DNA from: Mobula hypostoma
Lineage: Eukaryota
DNA: 64,000 bases
Assembly: GCF_963921235.1 (NCBI RefSeq)
Contig: NC_086108.1
Coordinates: 15,190,001-15,254,000 of the forward strand
Direction of reading: 5' to 3'
In this document: positions 11,989 through 24,561 of the stretch, one piece after another
How positions within the stretch are numbered: position 1 is the stretch's first letter
How the letters are laid out: every line of letters begins with the position of its first letter
The notes under the pieces: model-generated
Databases searched by the model: none
The model's input: only the letters and a program-made list of their open reading frames with translations
What the model was told of the DNA's origin: nothing
Made by a program: the position numbers and the translations under genes

Positions 11989-13709
11989 GTACGTGGGTGA
12001 AATCCTGTTCCTGTTCATTTTGGATCAGTGTGAGGCATTGTATTCTGTGAAGAGAAATGAGAGTAGACTTTCGGAGTGCCTGTGAGGGCCTGGGGAATGT
12101 TGTGGAACAGAAGGATCCTGTAATATTTATGTACGGTAGTTCCCTAAAACCTTGCAGGAAGACAGAGTGGTGAGGAAGGCTTCTGGCGCATTGGATTCAT
12201 CAGCCAGTACACTGAGTGTAGCAGTTGTAAAAGACACTGGAATATTGCTTTCAGTTTTCATAACCCTGATATGGGAAAGGTGCCATTAAGCTGAAGTGCT
12301 GAGGAGATTTACGACGATGTTACCAGAACTGGAAGGACTGAGTAATGGAGAGAGGTTGAGCAGGTTCAGACTTTATTCATTGGAGCACCAGAGAATGAGG
12401 TATGATCTTTTTGAGGTATAGAAAATCACGTGAGGTGAAGACAGGGTGAATGCAGCAGCTCTGTAGGGAAAGATGCCTTGTTAATGAAAGAAGTCAGAGG
12501 AGAATGGCCATACTGTTTCAAGCTGACAGGAAAGTGACAGTAACCCAAATAACTTTGTTACATCAGTGGTGTGCAGAAGAGCATCTCTGAATGCACAACA
12601 TGTCGAATCTTGAAGTGGATGGGCTACAGCAGCAGAATATCACGAACAAACACTTAATGGCCACTTTATTAGGGACAAGGAGGTATTAATAAAGTGGCCA
12701 CTGAGTGCAAGCAAGAGAGGGAGAGATTTAATATGAAACTGAGGGGCAATTTCTTCATCCAGGGAGCAGTCAGTATGTGGAATCAGCTGCTAGACAGAAT
12801 GTTGTAGCAGGTACGTTAACAGCATTCAAAAGGCAGAGGGATATGGGTCAAACGTGGACAAATGAGACAAGCTCAGATGGGAAACACACGGAAAATGCTG
12901 AAGGAACTCAGCAGATCGGGCAGCATAGATTGGAATTTTGATTGACTGGGACTGGCTGATTCAGGTGGCCTGCCTCCGTGCTGTATGACTCTAAGGAGAG
13001 TTATGTCCCAGGGCAGAGTGAGGCTGCTGAGATTTACACAGCACTCACATTTCCAGTTTGAGACCTTGTCCCTCTGGGTGCTGCATACCGAGCTTCCACA
13101 GACTGCCTTCCCTGGTTGAGAACAGTGTCTGCTTCCGAAGTCCAGAGAGGCTCCATGCTCCAGTCACTCCCGAGCAGAGACCAGGAAAGTAGAAGGTGAA
13201 GGAGGAAAGGGGGCAGGGAGCAGGAGAGGAAACAGGATTGGGAGAATAAAGAGTCATGGAAAAATGGAAATGGAAATGGATTCAGGGAAAGGAAGAGATT
13301 GGAGGAGTCGGGCATCTGGACTGACAGTTCAGGGAGAAGAGGGCTACAAGCAATAGAATGATCAGGAGAGTCAAAGAGCTCTAGAGCACAGAAACAGGTC
13401 CTTCTAGTTTATGCCAAACTATTATTCTGCCTTGTCTCGTTGACCTACAACTCTCCCATTCAGGTACTTATCCCAATCTCTCTTAAATGTTGAAATTGAA
13501 CTCGCATCTACCATTTATGCAGGCACCTCGATCCACATTCTCACCTCCCTCTGAGTGAAGAAGTTTCCCCTCGTGTTCCTCTTAAACGTTTCACCTTTCA
13601 TCCTTAACCCATACTCCTTGTTTTAGTCTCACCCAACCTCAGTGGAAAAAGCCTGCTTGCATTTACCCTATCCATACTCCTCATTCTCCAACAAACCAGG
13701 GAATAAAAT

Positions 13710-14113
13710 CCCTCAGTACCACCCCTCCCACAGTGTGACCCTCCCTCAGTACCACCCCTCCCACAGTGCGACCCTCCCTCAGTACCACCCTTCCCACAGT
13801 GACCGTCCCTGAGTACCACCCCTCCCACAGTGTGACCCTCCCTCAGTACCACCCCTCCCACAGTGCGACCCTCCCTCAGTACCACCCCTCCCACAGTGCG
13901 ACTCACCCTCAGTACCACCCCTCCCAAAGTGTGACCGTCCCTCAGTACCACCCCTCCCACAGTGTGACCCTCCCTCAGTACCACCCCTCCCACAGTGTGA
14001 CCCTCCCTCAGAACCACTCCTCCCACAGTGCGACCCTCCCTCAGAATCAGCCCTCCCACAGTGTGACCCTCCCTCAGTACCACCCCTCCCACAGTGAGAC
14101 CTTCCCTCAGTAC
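13710..14113 (+). repeat. 33-bp minisatellite, ~12 copies (CCCTCAGTACCACCCCTCCCACAGTGTGACCCT)
   Basis: Directly visible tandem array. It ends in ccctcagtactgcactgg, resembling an LF-SINE-like segment. Confidence 0.95.
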
Positions 14114-14293
14114 TGCACTGGTGGTGGGCCTGCATGTCATGTCAAACCTTGGATTTGCCTCACTTTATCAGAATGTCCCCATGGTTGTGAAGGGCTGTGG
14201 CTGTGTATAGAAAGCACAGTAGACGTGGTGGTAAGCCAATGAATTTGCTCATGGAATAACCCTCATCTGGTCGGCCTAGTCTCTCCCTGCAGG

Positions 14294-14689
14294 ATGAGAT
14301 TCTTCGACTTGCTACTCTTTGCAGTGTTGGTGGGGACTACCCAGCTTCATGTGTCCAACAGTGAAAGACTGTCCCACTGTAATACCAAACTGAAGGACAT
14401 CCCAGGCCAGCCCATGTGCGTCTACCGAACTCCAGACAAGAGTCACCAGCCAACAGACGGGCGCCAGAAAGCGAGCCAGCACAGTCCCAGGAAACCTCCG
14501 GGGAACACGAACCCTCGCGTCTGGGAGCTGTCTCGTTCCATCAGCAAGTTTGCCTTTGACCTGTACAAACGTCTTGCCAGCTCAAAGTCCAACACCCAGA
14601 ACATCTTCATGTCACCACTCAGCATCTCGACAGCTTTCGCCATGACCAAGCTGGGCGCCTGTGGTGAAACCCTGCGGCAGCTGATGGAG
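14294..14689 (+). CDS. SERPINC1: Antithrombin III, coding exon 2 (signal peptide, N-terminal heparin-binding region, helices A-C)
   Basis: Acceptor ctctccctgcAG|G at 14292/14293, ATG at 14294. Reads MRFFDLLL...CNTKLKDIP..PMCVYR...NPRVWELS...NIFMSPLSISTAFAMTKLGAC...LME, then donor GTGGGT at 14690. Confidence 0.96.
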
Positions 14690-14789
14690 GTGGGTGCCTA
14701 CAACGTACAGGGTTACTGGTGACTCAGGGGTTCACCATCACTAAGCCACAGCAACAGAATGACACATATGAGTAGGTCACCCAAAGTAC

Positions 14790-16870
14790 CGAATGGCTGG
14801 ATGGCCGGCTGTATATCCTGCATGCCATCAATGTGGCCTCCCCTACATCGGTGAGACTACACACAGGTTCGGGAACCTTTTTGCCGAGCATCTGCGTTCC
14901 ATCCACTGTGATTGCCTGGAGCTCCTGTTTGGCAACCATTTTAATTCCCCTCCTCATGCAAGTCGCATTCATTGTGATGTGCAGGGTGTGACGGTGAGGC
15001 ACGGGTATTGTGGAAAACGTGTTTGTAGCAACATCACTGGCATGTAGGCACAGACAACAAATAGAATATAAAAGATTATACATAATTTAGAGTGGAAAAA
15101 TAACAAATACAACCAGAGACAAGTTCAAGGTAGTGCAAGAAGTGGTCTGTAGTTTTGTACCCCTGAGGAGGGATTGGGGCAGTGCAGCTTGGTGACTGTA
15201 AAAGGGATCTGTTCCTGAACCTGGTGGTGTGGGTCTTCAGGATTTTGAACCTCCAGTGAGCAGAGGACATGACCTGGCTAGTGGGGGTCCTTGATGACAG
15301 ACGCTGCCTTCTTGAGGCATGACCTCATGTTGATGCTGTCAATGGTAGAGAGGTCTTTGCCAATGATGGACTGGGCTGATTCCATCACTTTCTACAAATT
15401 TGTGTCACAACAACATGCCTGTCCTCTGCTTCCTCCACTGCCAAATTGAGGCTAAGTGCAAATTACAGAAACAGCACCTGATTTTCAGATTAGTCTACAT
15501 CCCAGTGCCAATTTCAGCTAACCCGCTGCCCCTGTCCTTTTCTCTCTCCTTCTGCTCTGCTCAGTTCGTCCACCCTAGTACCCATCACCCCGTTTCTTTA
15601 ATCTCCTGCACCCACTCCATCTGCCCATGGTCCGTACATTCGTCACACACCTCCCTCCCTTGGTTCTGTGCACCACCTCCCTCTGTTATCAGACTGCACC
15701 ATCTTCGGCCCTTTGTCACCTCCCAGGATCTGTCATTCTTTCCTCTCCCCTCCCCATCCACCTGCCAGCTCTTGTCCTACCTCTTCCCCTCATCTCCCCT
15801 CTAATCTTTCTGTCTAGAGATTAGATTAGATTAGATTCAACTTGATTGTCTTTGTGCCGAGTACATATACAAAGCCAATGAAATGCAATTAGCATCTGAC
15901 CAGAAGTGCAAAAGAATAGAAACAATAGAAAACCTACAGCACAATACAGGCCCTTCGGCCCACAGAGTTGTGCCAAACATATCCCTACCTTAGAAATTAC
16001 AAGGCTTACCTATAGTCCTCTATTTTTCTAAGCTCCATGTACCTATCTAAAAGTCTTTTAAAAGACCCTATCGTATCCACCTCCACCACCGTTGCCGGCA
16101 GCCCATTCCACACACTCACCACTCTCTGAGTAAAAAACTTACCCCTGACATCTCCTCTGTACCCACTCCCCAGCACCTTAAACCTGTGTCCTCTAATAAA
16201 TAGTGTTATTTACAAAATAACAGCGAATAAAAAGTAAGTGCTACAGCATACAAATATAAAAGTAGTGAGACAGTCCAATATGGGTGCAGTACTGCTTAGT
16301 GCTGTGATGTGAGGTTCAGCAGGGTCACAGCCTCAGGGAAGAAGCTCTTCCTGTGCCTGCTGGTGCAGGAGCGGAGGCTCCTGTAGCACCTACCGGATGG
16401 AAGGAGCGTAAAGAGTCCATGGTTAGGGTGAGATGCATCCTTGATAATGCTTTTCACCCTGCCCAAGCAGAGTTTATGGTAGATGTTCTCAATGGTGGGC
16501 AATTAGGTGCCGATAATCCGCTGGGCAGTTTTCACTATACACTGGAGTGCTTTGAGGTCCGATACGGGACAATTGCCATACCACACTGAGATGCAGTTGG
16601 TGAGTATGCTCTCAATGGTACAGCAGTAAAAGTCCATCAGTACCCTGGGACAGAGATGAGCTTTCTTGATGCTCCGCAGGAAATAAAGGCTCTGTTGCGC
16701 CTTTTTGATCAGGATGGAGGAGCTCAGGGACCAGGTGAGATCATGGGAAATGTGGACACCAAGGAATTTGAAGGGTCTTTGCCTGAAATCTCAACTGTCC
16801 ATTTCCCTCCTCAGATGCTACTTGACCCACTGAGATTATCCAGCATTTCGTGTTCTTTCGGCCCAGATTC
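14790..16870. mobile_element. Nested cluster: Penelope (GIY-YIG) fragments interrupted by Rex1/Babar LINEs and a CR1 tail
   Basis: CHQCGLPYIGETTHRFGNLFAEHLRS (+, GIY-YIG); Rex1-type SIIKDASHPNHGLFTLLPSGR..RSL..FFPEAV (-, 16296-16502); (TAGAT)n tail at ~15817-15836. Confidence 0.75.
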
Positions 16871-16947
16871 CAGGATCTGCACTCACGTGTTGCTCTACTC
16901 AAGGAATTAGTTGCTTGCAGACAAAGCCATCAAATGGACAACTATCC

Positions 16948-17143
16948 TACTGAGGGAATGTCCTACTGAGGGAGGGGTGGTACTGAGAGAGTGTCACACT
17001 ATAGGAAGGGAGGTATCGAGGGAGTGACTCTCTGTGGAAGGGAAGGTATTGAGGGAGTGTCACACTGTGAGAGATTGGTTTTGAGGGGTGTCACATTTTG
17101 GGAGGGGTGGTGCTGAGGGAGTGTCTCTCTATGAGAGGGGTGG
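16948..17143 (-). repeat. Degenerate inverted copy of the 33-bp minisatellite (~5-6 units)
   Basis: Units such as gggaggggtggtactgagagagtgtcacact are reverse complements of the 13710-14113 unit. Confidence 0.8.
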
Positions 17144-17639
17144 ATTCTAAACTTCCAACAATAAAAGCTGCATTTATATAGCTCCCCTCATATGGTCAAG
17201 GATCTGTGACACATGGTAACTGTTGTTCAAGACTAAACCTGGCAGTGGCCCAGACATGAAGATACTGGGACAGATGTTGGAAAGTCCATGGGAGAGCAAA
17301 GGCCTGTGGAGAATGTTGGAAGGGAGGGTGAAAAGGCAGTGAAGTATTGGATGAACAAGCAAGACCAGGAATCAGTGTTGGAGGGACCTCATTCTTCAAG
17401 AGGGGCAGAGTATGAGCTGAAGGAATCCGTGGATTTATAACATGGTATTAGACGTCTTGGCCCATCGAATCCCTGCAAAGCAAATTACGGAGAAAGGGAG
17501 CAGCCATCTCCTCCTCACAACAGCTGAGTGACCACACCATGACCTCTGACATTCTGTCCTGGGGCCGGAAATCCGTCTGCCAATGACCCGGTGTGTGGTT
17601 GAACAAACCACGTCCAGCTTGATAAGGGAATTGTTTATA

Positions 17640-17735
17640 GAGTGGGGGGACTGGGAGTGTAATGGGGGTGTAATGGGAGTGTAATGGGGATGTGCAATGG
17701 GAACATAATAGGAGTGTTATTGAAATGTAATGGCT
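17640..17735. repeat. Short ~11-bp tandem repeat (GTGTAATGGGA)n, degenerate
   Basis: Visible periodicity. Confidence 0.7.
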
Positions 17736-17849
17736 GATCCAGGCAGGGGTCGAAGAAAGCAAAGACCAAACTTAACAGATACTGTACACTTCACTCCACT
17801 CACCCAAACCTTCCTCCCCCAACTCTCCCAATCCCCTTTTCTCCCCTCA

Positions 17850-18600
17850 CTATCAGCGAAGCAAAAGAGCTGGTCATTGACTTCAGGAAGTTGGGGGGGG
17901 GGGAGCGATGCACATGGTTCTCTCTTCATCAACAGTGCTGAAGTTGAGAGGATAGAGAACCTCGGGTTTCTAGGAGTGAGCATCAGTAGGCTGTCTTGGT
18001 CCAACCACATGGACACAGTGGCCAAGAAAGCCCAGCCCACTGTTGCCTCTACTTCCTCGGGGGGCTGAAAGATCTTGGCATTTCCCTATTGACCATGAAC
18101 AAGATCTTTTTTGATGCACCTTCCTAAGCGGATGCATTGCAACTTGATACAGCAACTGCTCTGCACATGACTGCAAGAAAGTACAAAGATTTTGTGGACA
18201 TAGTTCAGCACATCGCGGAAATCAGCCTCCCGTCCATGGAGTCTGTCTATACCTCTGTTGCCTCAATAAAGCAGCCGGCATAATCAAAGATCACCATCCA
18301 CCCCAGACATTCTCTCCTCCCTTCCATCAGCAGAAAGTACATATCAGCAGGTTCAAGGATAGTTCCTACACAGACTAATAAATAGTTTCCTAGTGTTATA
18401 AGATGGTCTCTTGACTTTACTATCTACCTCGTTATGATCCTACATTTTGTTGACTACCTGCACTCTACTTTTTCTGTAGCTGTTACATTTTGCATTCTGT
18501 TCTTGTTTTATCTTGATCTACCTCAATGCATTATGAACAGTGCTCAAGACAGGTTTTTCACTGTATCTCAGAACATGTGACAATAATAAACCAATTCCAA
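17850..18600 (+). mobile_element. Rex1/Babar-type LINE 3' fragment
   Basis: LFINSAEVERIENLGFLGV..SWSNHMDTVAKKAQ motif; tail ...gtgacaataataaaccaattccaattc. Confidence 0.75.
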
Positions 18601-18623
18601 TTCCCTTCCCAACCCACCACCAG

Positions 18624-18839
18624 GTCTTTAAGTTTGATACCATCACAGAGAAGACATCAGATCAAGTCCACTACTTCTTTGCCAAACTCAACTGCAGACT
18701 GTACCGCAAAGCCAACAAGTCATCAGAGCTGGTGTCGGCCAACCGTCTCTTTGGCGACAAGGCGCTGGCCTACAACAGAACCTTCCAGAACATCAGTGAG
18801 GCTGTGTACAAAGCAAAGCTGATCCCAGTCAACTTCAGG
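18624..18839 (+). CDS. SERPINC1: Antithrombin III exon 3 (helix D heparin-binding site)
   Basis: cac[49 protein letters not shown]...VNFR |GTGAGA; 216 bp, phase 0/0. Confidence 0.97.
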
Positions 18840-19865
18840 GTGAGAGAATTTGGAGGAGCTGGTGGGAGGAAAGCAGAGAAGGGAGGGATGGTCAGGAGGA
18901 GGAGGGAAGGGGAGGAGACACGGTGAGGAGGGAAGGATATCTATGGAAAAAGAAGGGAAGGGGAGAGAAGCCAGTGAAAAGAGAGAATGGAAGGAAAGAA
19001 GAAAGAAAATCACCCTCCACGGAATGCTGGGGTCAGAAGACATGGGAGCAGAATGAAGTCATTCAGCCCATCCAGTCAGTCCCACCGTGGCAGAGGTTTT
19101 CAAACTGTTTCTCCCACTACTCCCTGTAACCTCTAACCCCTTTACTAATAAACAACTTGTCAATCTCTGCCTTCAGAACACCCAATGATTTAGCTGCCAC
19201 TGCCTCTGTGCCAGCAGGTTCCACAGATTCGTCACCCACTGGCTGAAGGGATTCCTGCTCATCTCAGTTTTAAAGGGATGTCCCTTTACTCTGAGGCTGT
19301 GTCCTCAGACCTCAGATTCTGGACTCTCCTGTTAATGAAAACATCCTCTTCATGTCCACTTTATCCAGGCCTTTCAGTGTTTGGCCATGCCACCTTGTGG
19401 CCATCCCGCCCCTCCTCCCACTCTTTGCCCTGTGCTAATGAGGCTAATGGGTAACCCCTTCTATGGACCACTGTGCCAAAGATTTTCCACAGGATCCACT
19501 GAAGATCCAGGAGGGAAACTGCTCTTCTATTGGAAATCCTGCAACCAATTAGCTGAGACCCATCCGGTCATTGTCAGGAGTGTCCCAGTATTGTATCTCC
19601 GGGAATGTTTCAACAAAACCACGTCTACTAACTTGGGTTGATGTTGTCTGAAGAAGGGTTGGGGAAAATCTTTAATATTGTCACCACTTTAAAAGATCAG
19701 GTTAGCTGGCAATTTATCTCCTTGTGGGAGCTTGCAATGCACAGGCTATGCTTCCTTTCTGACAATAGCAACTAACCCTCAATGAAACCTCATCTCTGGG
19801 TGCGAAGCATTAGGACAACTTGGGGCTGTTGAACGCAGATAAAAATGTTGCTTTTTCCTTGGCAG

Positions 19866-20003
19866 GAGAAGCCCAAGGTGGCCAGAAACTATATCAACTC
19901 TTGGGTGGCCAACAAGACTGAAGGTCTCATCAAGAATCTCCTTCCCCCAGATGCAATAACTCCCTTCACCGCCTTGGTCATCATCAACGCTATATACTTT
20001 AAG
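19866..20003 (+). CDS. SERPINC1: Antithrombin III exon 4
   Basis: ggCAG| EKPKVARNYINSWVANKTEGLIKNLLP...LVIINAIYFK |GTGAGC; 138 bp. Confidence 0.97.
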
Positions 20004-21819
20004 GTGAGCTGTCACTCCCACACGCTGTCAGTCTCTCTGAGCTCCTGTATATCTGGTTGCAGAGGGGTGTGAGACCTCCCAACCATCTTCAGGAACTGAA
20101 AGAGATGGAGACCCCTCATGTCACTTCTTGTTGCTTTATCCCAGAGGTGCCCTGAACTACTGACCCAGGCCAGGATTCCATAATTCAAACAGGAGGAATC
20201 TAAGAATGTAACAGTTCCCTGGATGCAAGGCACGGGGATGACTCGAGACTATTGAAAAATCGGAGAGAAACTGGAGCAGGAGAAGGCAGCGCTGCCTGTT
20301 CCGTCGTTCAACAAATACAGGGCTGAACTGCAACTTCATTTTTTTCTCCTAGAGCACTGTGTATGGTCTCCTTACTGTGGAGTTATAGAGTCATGAAGAA
20401 ACACAGCACAGATAGAGGTCCTTTGCCTCCACCAGCCTACACCACCTATGGTGTCCATCCGGCCAGTCTCAATACCAACAACAAATGTTGCACATTTCAG
20501 TGAGATCTCCTCTCATTCTTCTAAACCAATGCCAACCTTCTCAGTCTTCCCACTTGACAGATGACGAGAATGAAAGATGATCTTATAGTGTTGGATAAAA
20601 TCATGAGGTACATAGAGAGGGTCAGTGCACATGGTCTTTGTCCCCAGGGTTGGGGTATCGAGACCCAAAGAGCTTTAGTTTAAGGTGAAAGGGGAGCAAC
20701 TTGGTTATCCAGACAGTGGTCATGGAAATGTATGGAATGCCAGAGGAAGTGGTTGAAGCAGGTACATTAAAAACATTTAAAATGTACTTGGACATGGATA
20801 GGAAAGGTTTAGAGGGATATGGGACACCAATGGACAAATGTGGCCATCTTAGATGGGAATCTTGGTCAGTATGGACCAGTTAAGCTGAAGAGACTGTTCC
20901 CGTGCATGATTACTCTATCCACTCCAGTGTGTAATGTTCATGTTGCCTAGACCTGAGGGAACCGTGGTTGAGTGGGTTGTGACTTTTATCATTGACGTGT
21001 GGGACAATGAGGGGTGATCTTATAGAGCTGTATAAAATCATGAGGGCCAATGCATATAATCCGTTTCCCAGGACTGGGGAATCAAGAACTAAAGAATTTA
21101 AGGTGTGCAAGGAGACATTTAATACAGACCTAAGGACAATTTATTTTCACCCAGAGGGTGGTTAGAATGCGGACTGAGCTAGCAGAGGAAGTTTTTCAGG
21201 CAGGTACATTAACATTTAAGTGGTACTTGGACGGATAGATGGATAGGAAATGTTTAAAGAGATATGCACCAAATGTTGGGTAAATGGGACAGGTTTGGAT
21301 GGGAGTCCTGGTCTGCATGGACTGTTTCCATTCTGCATGACCCTACGTGCTCAGATCTTGTTCACTGACTTCTTATGCACGACCTTATCAAAAACCTTCT
21401 GTAATTCCAAATATTCCACATCCGCTGATACCTCCACTTAATACAACTCAATAAACTCCAGTAGGTTAATCAAACATCAATTTCTTTTGATAAATCTGTG
21501 TAGACTGTGCTCGATTATATTATTATTTTCTCAGTGTTTTGATTTCACATTCCTTACAATTGATTTCAATATTTCCCAGTTATTGACATCAGGTCAACGA
21601 ATTGGTTAGACCCTTTCCTTCCCTTCTTAAATAATGGATTGATGCTCATCACCCTGTAATCCGTAGGAATCATTCCAATCACCTGGAAGATGAGAAAAGG
21701 GACTCATTTCTCTCCAGAGCCATCTCTCTCAAAATCTGGGATATAGGTCATTAGCTCTTTTGGATTTATCAGGTTCCAGATTAACTGATTTTCCGTAGGT
21801 ATTGTAACTAGTATGTAAA

Positions 21820-23360
21820 CAGAAGGGATTCTGCAGATGCTGGAAATCCAAAGCAACACACACAAAATACTAGGGGAACTCAGGTCGGGCAGTATCTATG
21901 GAAATGAACAAACAGTTGACAATTCGGGTCGAGACTCTTCTTCAGGACTGGAAAAAAAGGGGGAAGACACCAGAATAAAAAGGTGGGGGGGAGGGGAAAG
22001 AGGATAGCTGGAAGGTGATAGGTGAAGTCAGGTGGCTGGAGAAGAAGAAATCTGATAGGAGAGGAGAATGGACCACAGGAGAAAGGGAAGGGGCAGGGGC
22101 ACCGGGAGAGGTGAGAAGGGGTAAAAGACAAGAGTAAGGAATAGAAGAAGAGAAGAAGGGGAGGGAATTTTTTTATCAGAAGGAGATATTGATATTCATG
22201 CTATCAGGTTGGAGGCTACCCAGACAGAATATGAGGTGCTGCTCCTCCACTCTGAGGGTGCCTCATCATAGCACAAGAGGAGGCCATGGACCAACATGTC
22301 AGAACAGGAATGGGAATCAGAATTAAAATAATTGTTTCCAGGATGGAGGTGTTCCTTTACAGGACATCAGAGATGTCCTTCTTTCAAGAATGGGGTTTCC
22401 CTTCTTCCACCATTGATGCTGCCCCCACCCGCAACCCCTCCATTTCCCAAACATCCACGCTCATCCCATCTTCCTGCTGCCTTAACAGTGAGAGAGTTCC
22501 TCTTGTCCTCACCTAACACTCCATGAGCCTCTGCATCCAACACAAATTCCTCCACAACTTCTGTCATCTTCAACAGGATCCTACCACAGAACATATTTTT
22601 ACCTCCCACCCACCCCTCTCCACTTTCCGCAGGGATTGCTCCCTCCAAGGTTCACTTGTCTATTCATTGCACCCCACTAATCTCCCTCCCAAAGTGCTAC
22701 ACCTGCCCATTCACCTCCTCCCTCACTTCTAATCAGGGCCCCAAACAGTCCTTACAGGTGAAGCAACACTTCACCTGTGAATCTGCTGGGGTCATCCATT
22801 GTGTCCGGTGCTCCCGATGCAGCCTTCTCTACCTTGTAAATTGGAGGACCGCTTCATCGAGCACCTCCTGTCCATCCACCAAAAACGGAACTTCCTGGTG
22901 GTCCAACATTTTAATTCTGATTTCTAATTCCTATTCCATTCCAACATGAGGGTCCATGGCCTCCTCTTGTGCCACAATGAGGCCACCCTCAGGGTGGAGG
23001 AGCAACACTTCATCTTCTGTCTAAGTAGCCTTCAATCTGATGGCATTAATATTGATTTCTCCTTCCAGTAAAAAATAAACCTGTTTTTCTATTCCCCTCT
23101 GTGGCCCCTTAACTCTTCTCACCTGCCTATCACCACCTCCTTCCCTTTCTCCTATGGTCCACTCTGCTTTCCTATCAGATTCCTTCCTCTCCAGCCCTTT
23201 ACCTGTTCCACCCACCTGGCTTCACCTATCACCTTCTAGCTAGCCTTCTTCCCACCCCCCCACTTCTTTATTCTGGTGTCTTCCCCCTTCCTCTCCAGTC
23301 CTGAAGAAGCATCTCAGCCAGAAACATCGACTGTTTGTTCATCTCCATGGATGCTGCATA
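21820..23360 (+). mobile_element. Penelope-like element 3' portion with an inverted pseudo-LTR (SERPINC1 intron 4)
   Basis: GIY-YIG region (HFTCESAGVIHCVRCSRCSLLY). 21880-22330 is the reverse complement of ~22910-23358, and both ends carry hammerhead-like motifs. Confidence 0.85.
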
Positions 23361-24561
23361 ACTAGTACTTGTTTCTTGGAGATTCGTAGAGTTGTGCAGC
23401 GGATCAGGCCCCTTGCCCCAACTAGTCCATGTCAACAAAGATGTCCCATTTGCCAGTGTTTGGCCTGTAATCTTCTAAACCTTCATGCCTTAAGGCATGA
23501 AAATGCCCAACGCAGGCCTCTCTTGGTCTGAGTCAACGTTTCCTCCCTTCCCTTCTAAACCTTTTCAAACCACGGACAGTGCCTGTTCAACTACTGTTAC
23601 TGTATCTTCCTCAACAGCTTCCTCTGGTAGCTCATTCCACATATGTGTAATAAAGTTGCCACTCAGCTTAAACCTATGCCCTCGAGTTCTTGACCCCCCA
23701 ACTCTGGAAAATGATTGAGAACAGTGTACCTGAAGTCTTGCGGAAGCATTTCAGCCCGAAACGTCCACCGTACTCTGCCTGGCCTGCTGAGTTTCTCCAG
23801 CATTTTGTGCGTGGTTACCCGAACTCAAAGTCTCTCTGATCTACATCACTCCCTGGGGCTATCCCTTGTTTTTGGCACTGGAAACTTTGTCTCCCATATT
23901 CCTAAGATTTTTTTTTTGTTTTCTTCCATGGTTACCCAGCACAAAATACCGTGTCCCTCAACCATTTTCTCTTCTTCTGTTAAAAATATTCCCGTCATGG
24001 TCTGTAAGGAATCCATAGGGAGGAACTCCTGACTGTGAGTGTCTGTAACTGCCCCCTGAGCGAGGGTTCTGTTGAGAGAATGCTGCTGTTGCCTGTCTCT
24101 TCCATTTGGCAACACTTGTCATCTGTAGGAGCTGCAGCAATGTCACTGGACTGGTTCCCAAGGTCAGAAGGGAGTGTCTGTCATCAGGGCCTTTGGGGCT
24201 TAACCCAAGGGTGTGAATTGCAGTCTGAGATACCATCCTGATAGTTACTAAAAGGGTCCTGAACCTGTGAGGTTTGGCCGATCAAGAACCTATCAAATTC
24301 TGCCTTAAATACACCCAAAGTCTTGCTTACGCAGTCCACTGTGGCAACGGCTTCCATAAATTAACTGCTCTCTGGAAGAAAAAATTCCCGCTCACCTCAG
24401 TTCTAAATGGTGTCCTTTTATACTGAGGCTGTGCCCTCAGGTCCCAGACACTCCTACTGCTGAAAACATCCTCTCCATGCCTGTAGTTGGTAAGATTTTC
24501 TGTGCCACTGCAGACAGTTTTGTCAGAGAGAAGAACAGTAAGTTTTCACCTCTTTCTGCAG

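Noticed and set aside
13710..14113. CRISPR-like array
   Set aside because: Head-to-tail units with no unique spacers, eukaryotic context and no cas genes.
13604..14242. Repetitive ORFs (GGVVLREGHTV / PQYHPSHSVTL / GGSHCGRGGTE repeats)
   Set aside because: Artefacts of a 33-bp (multiple of 3) intronic minisatellite, open in several frames.
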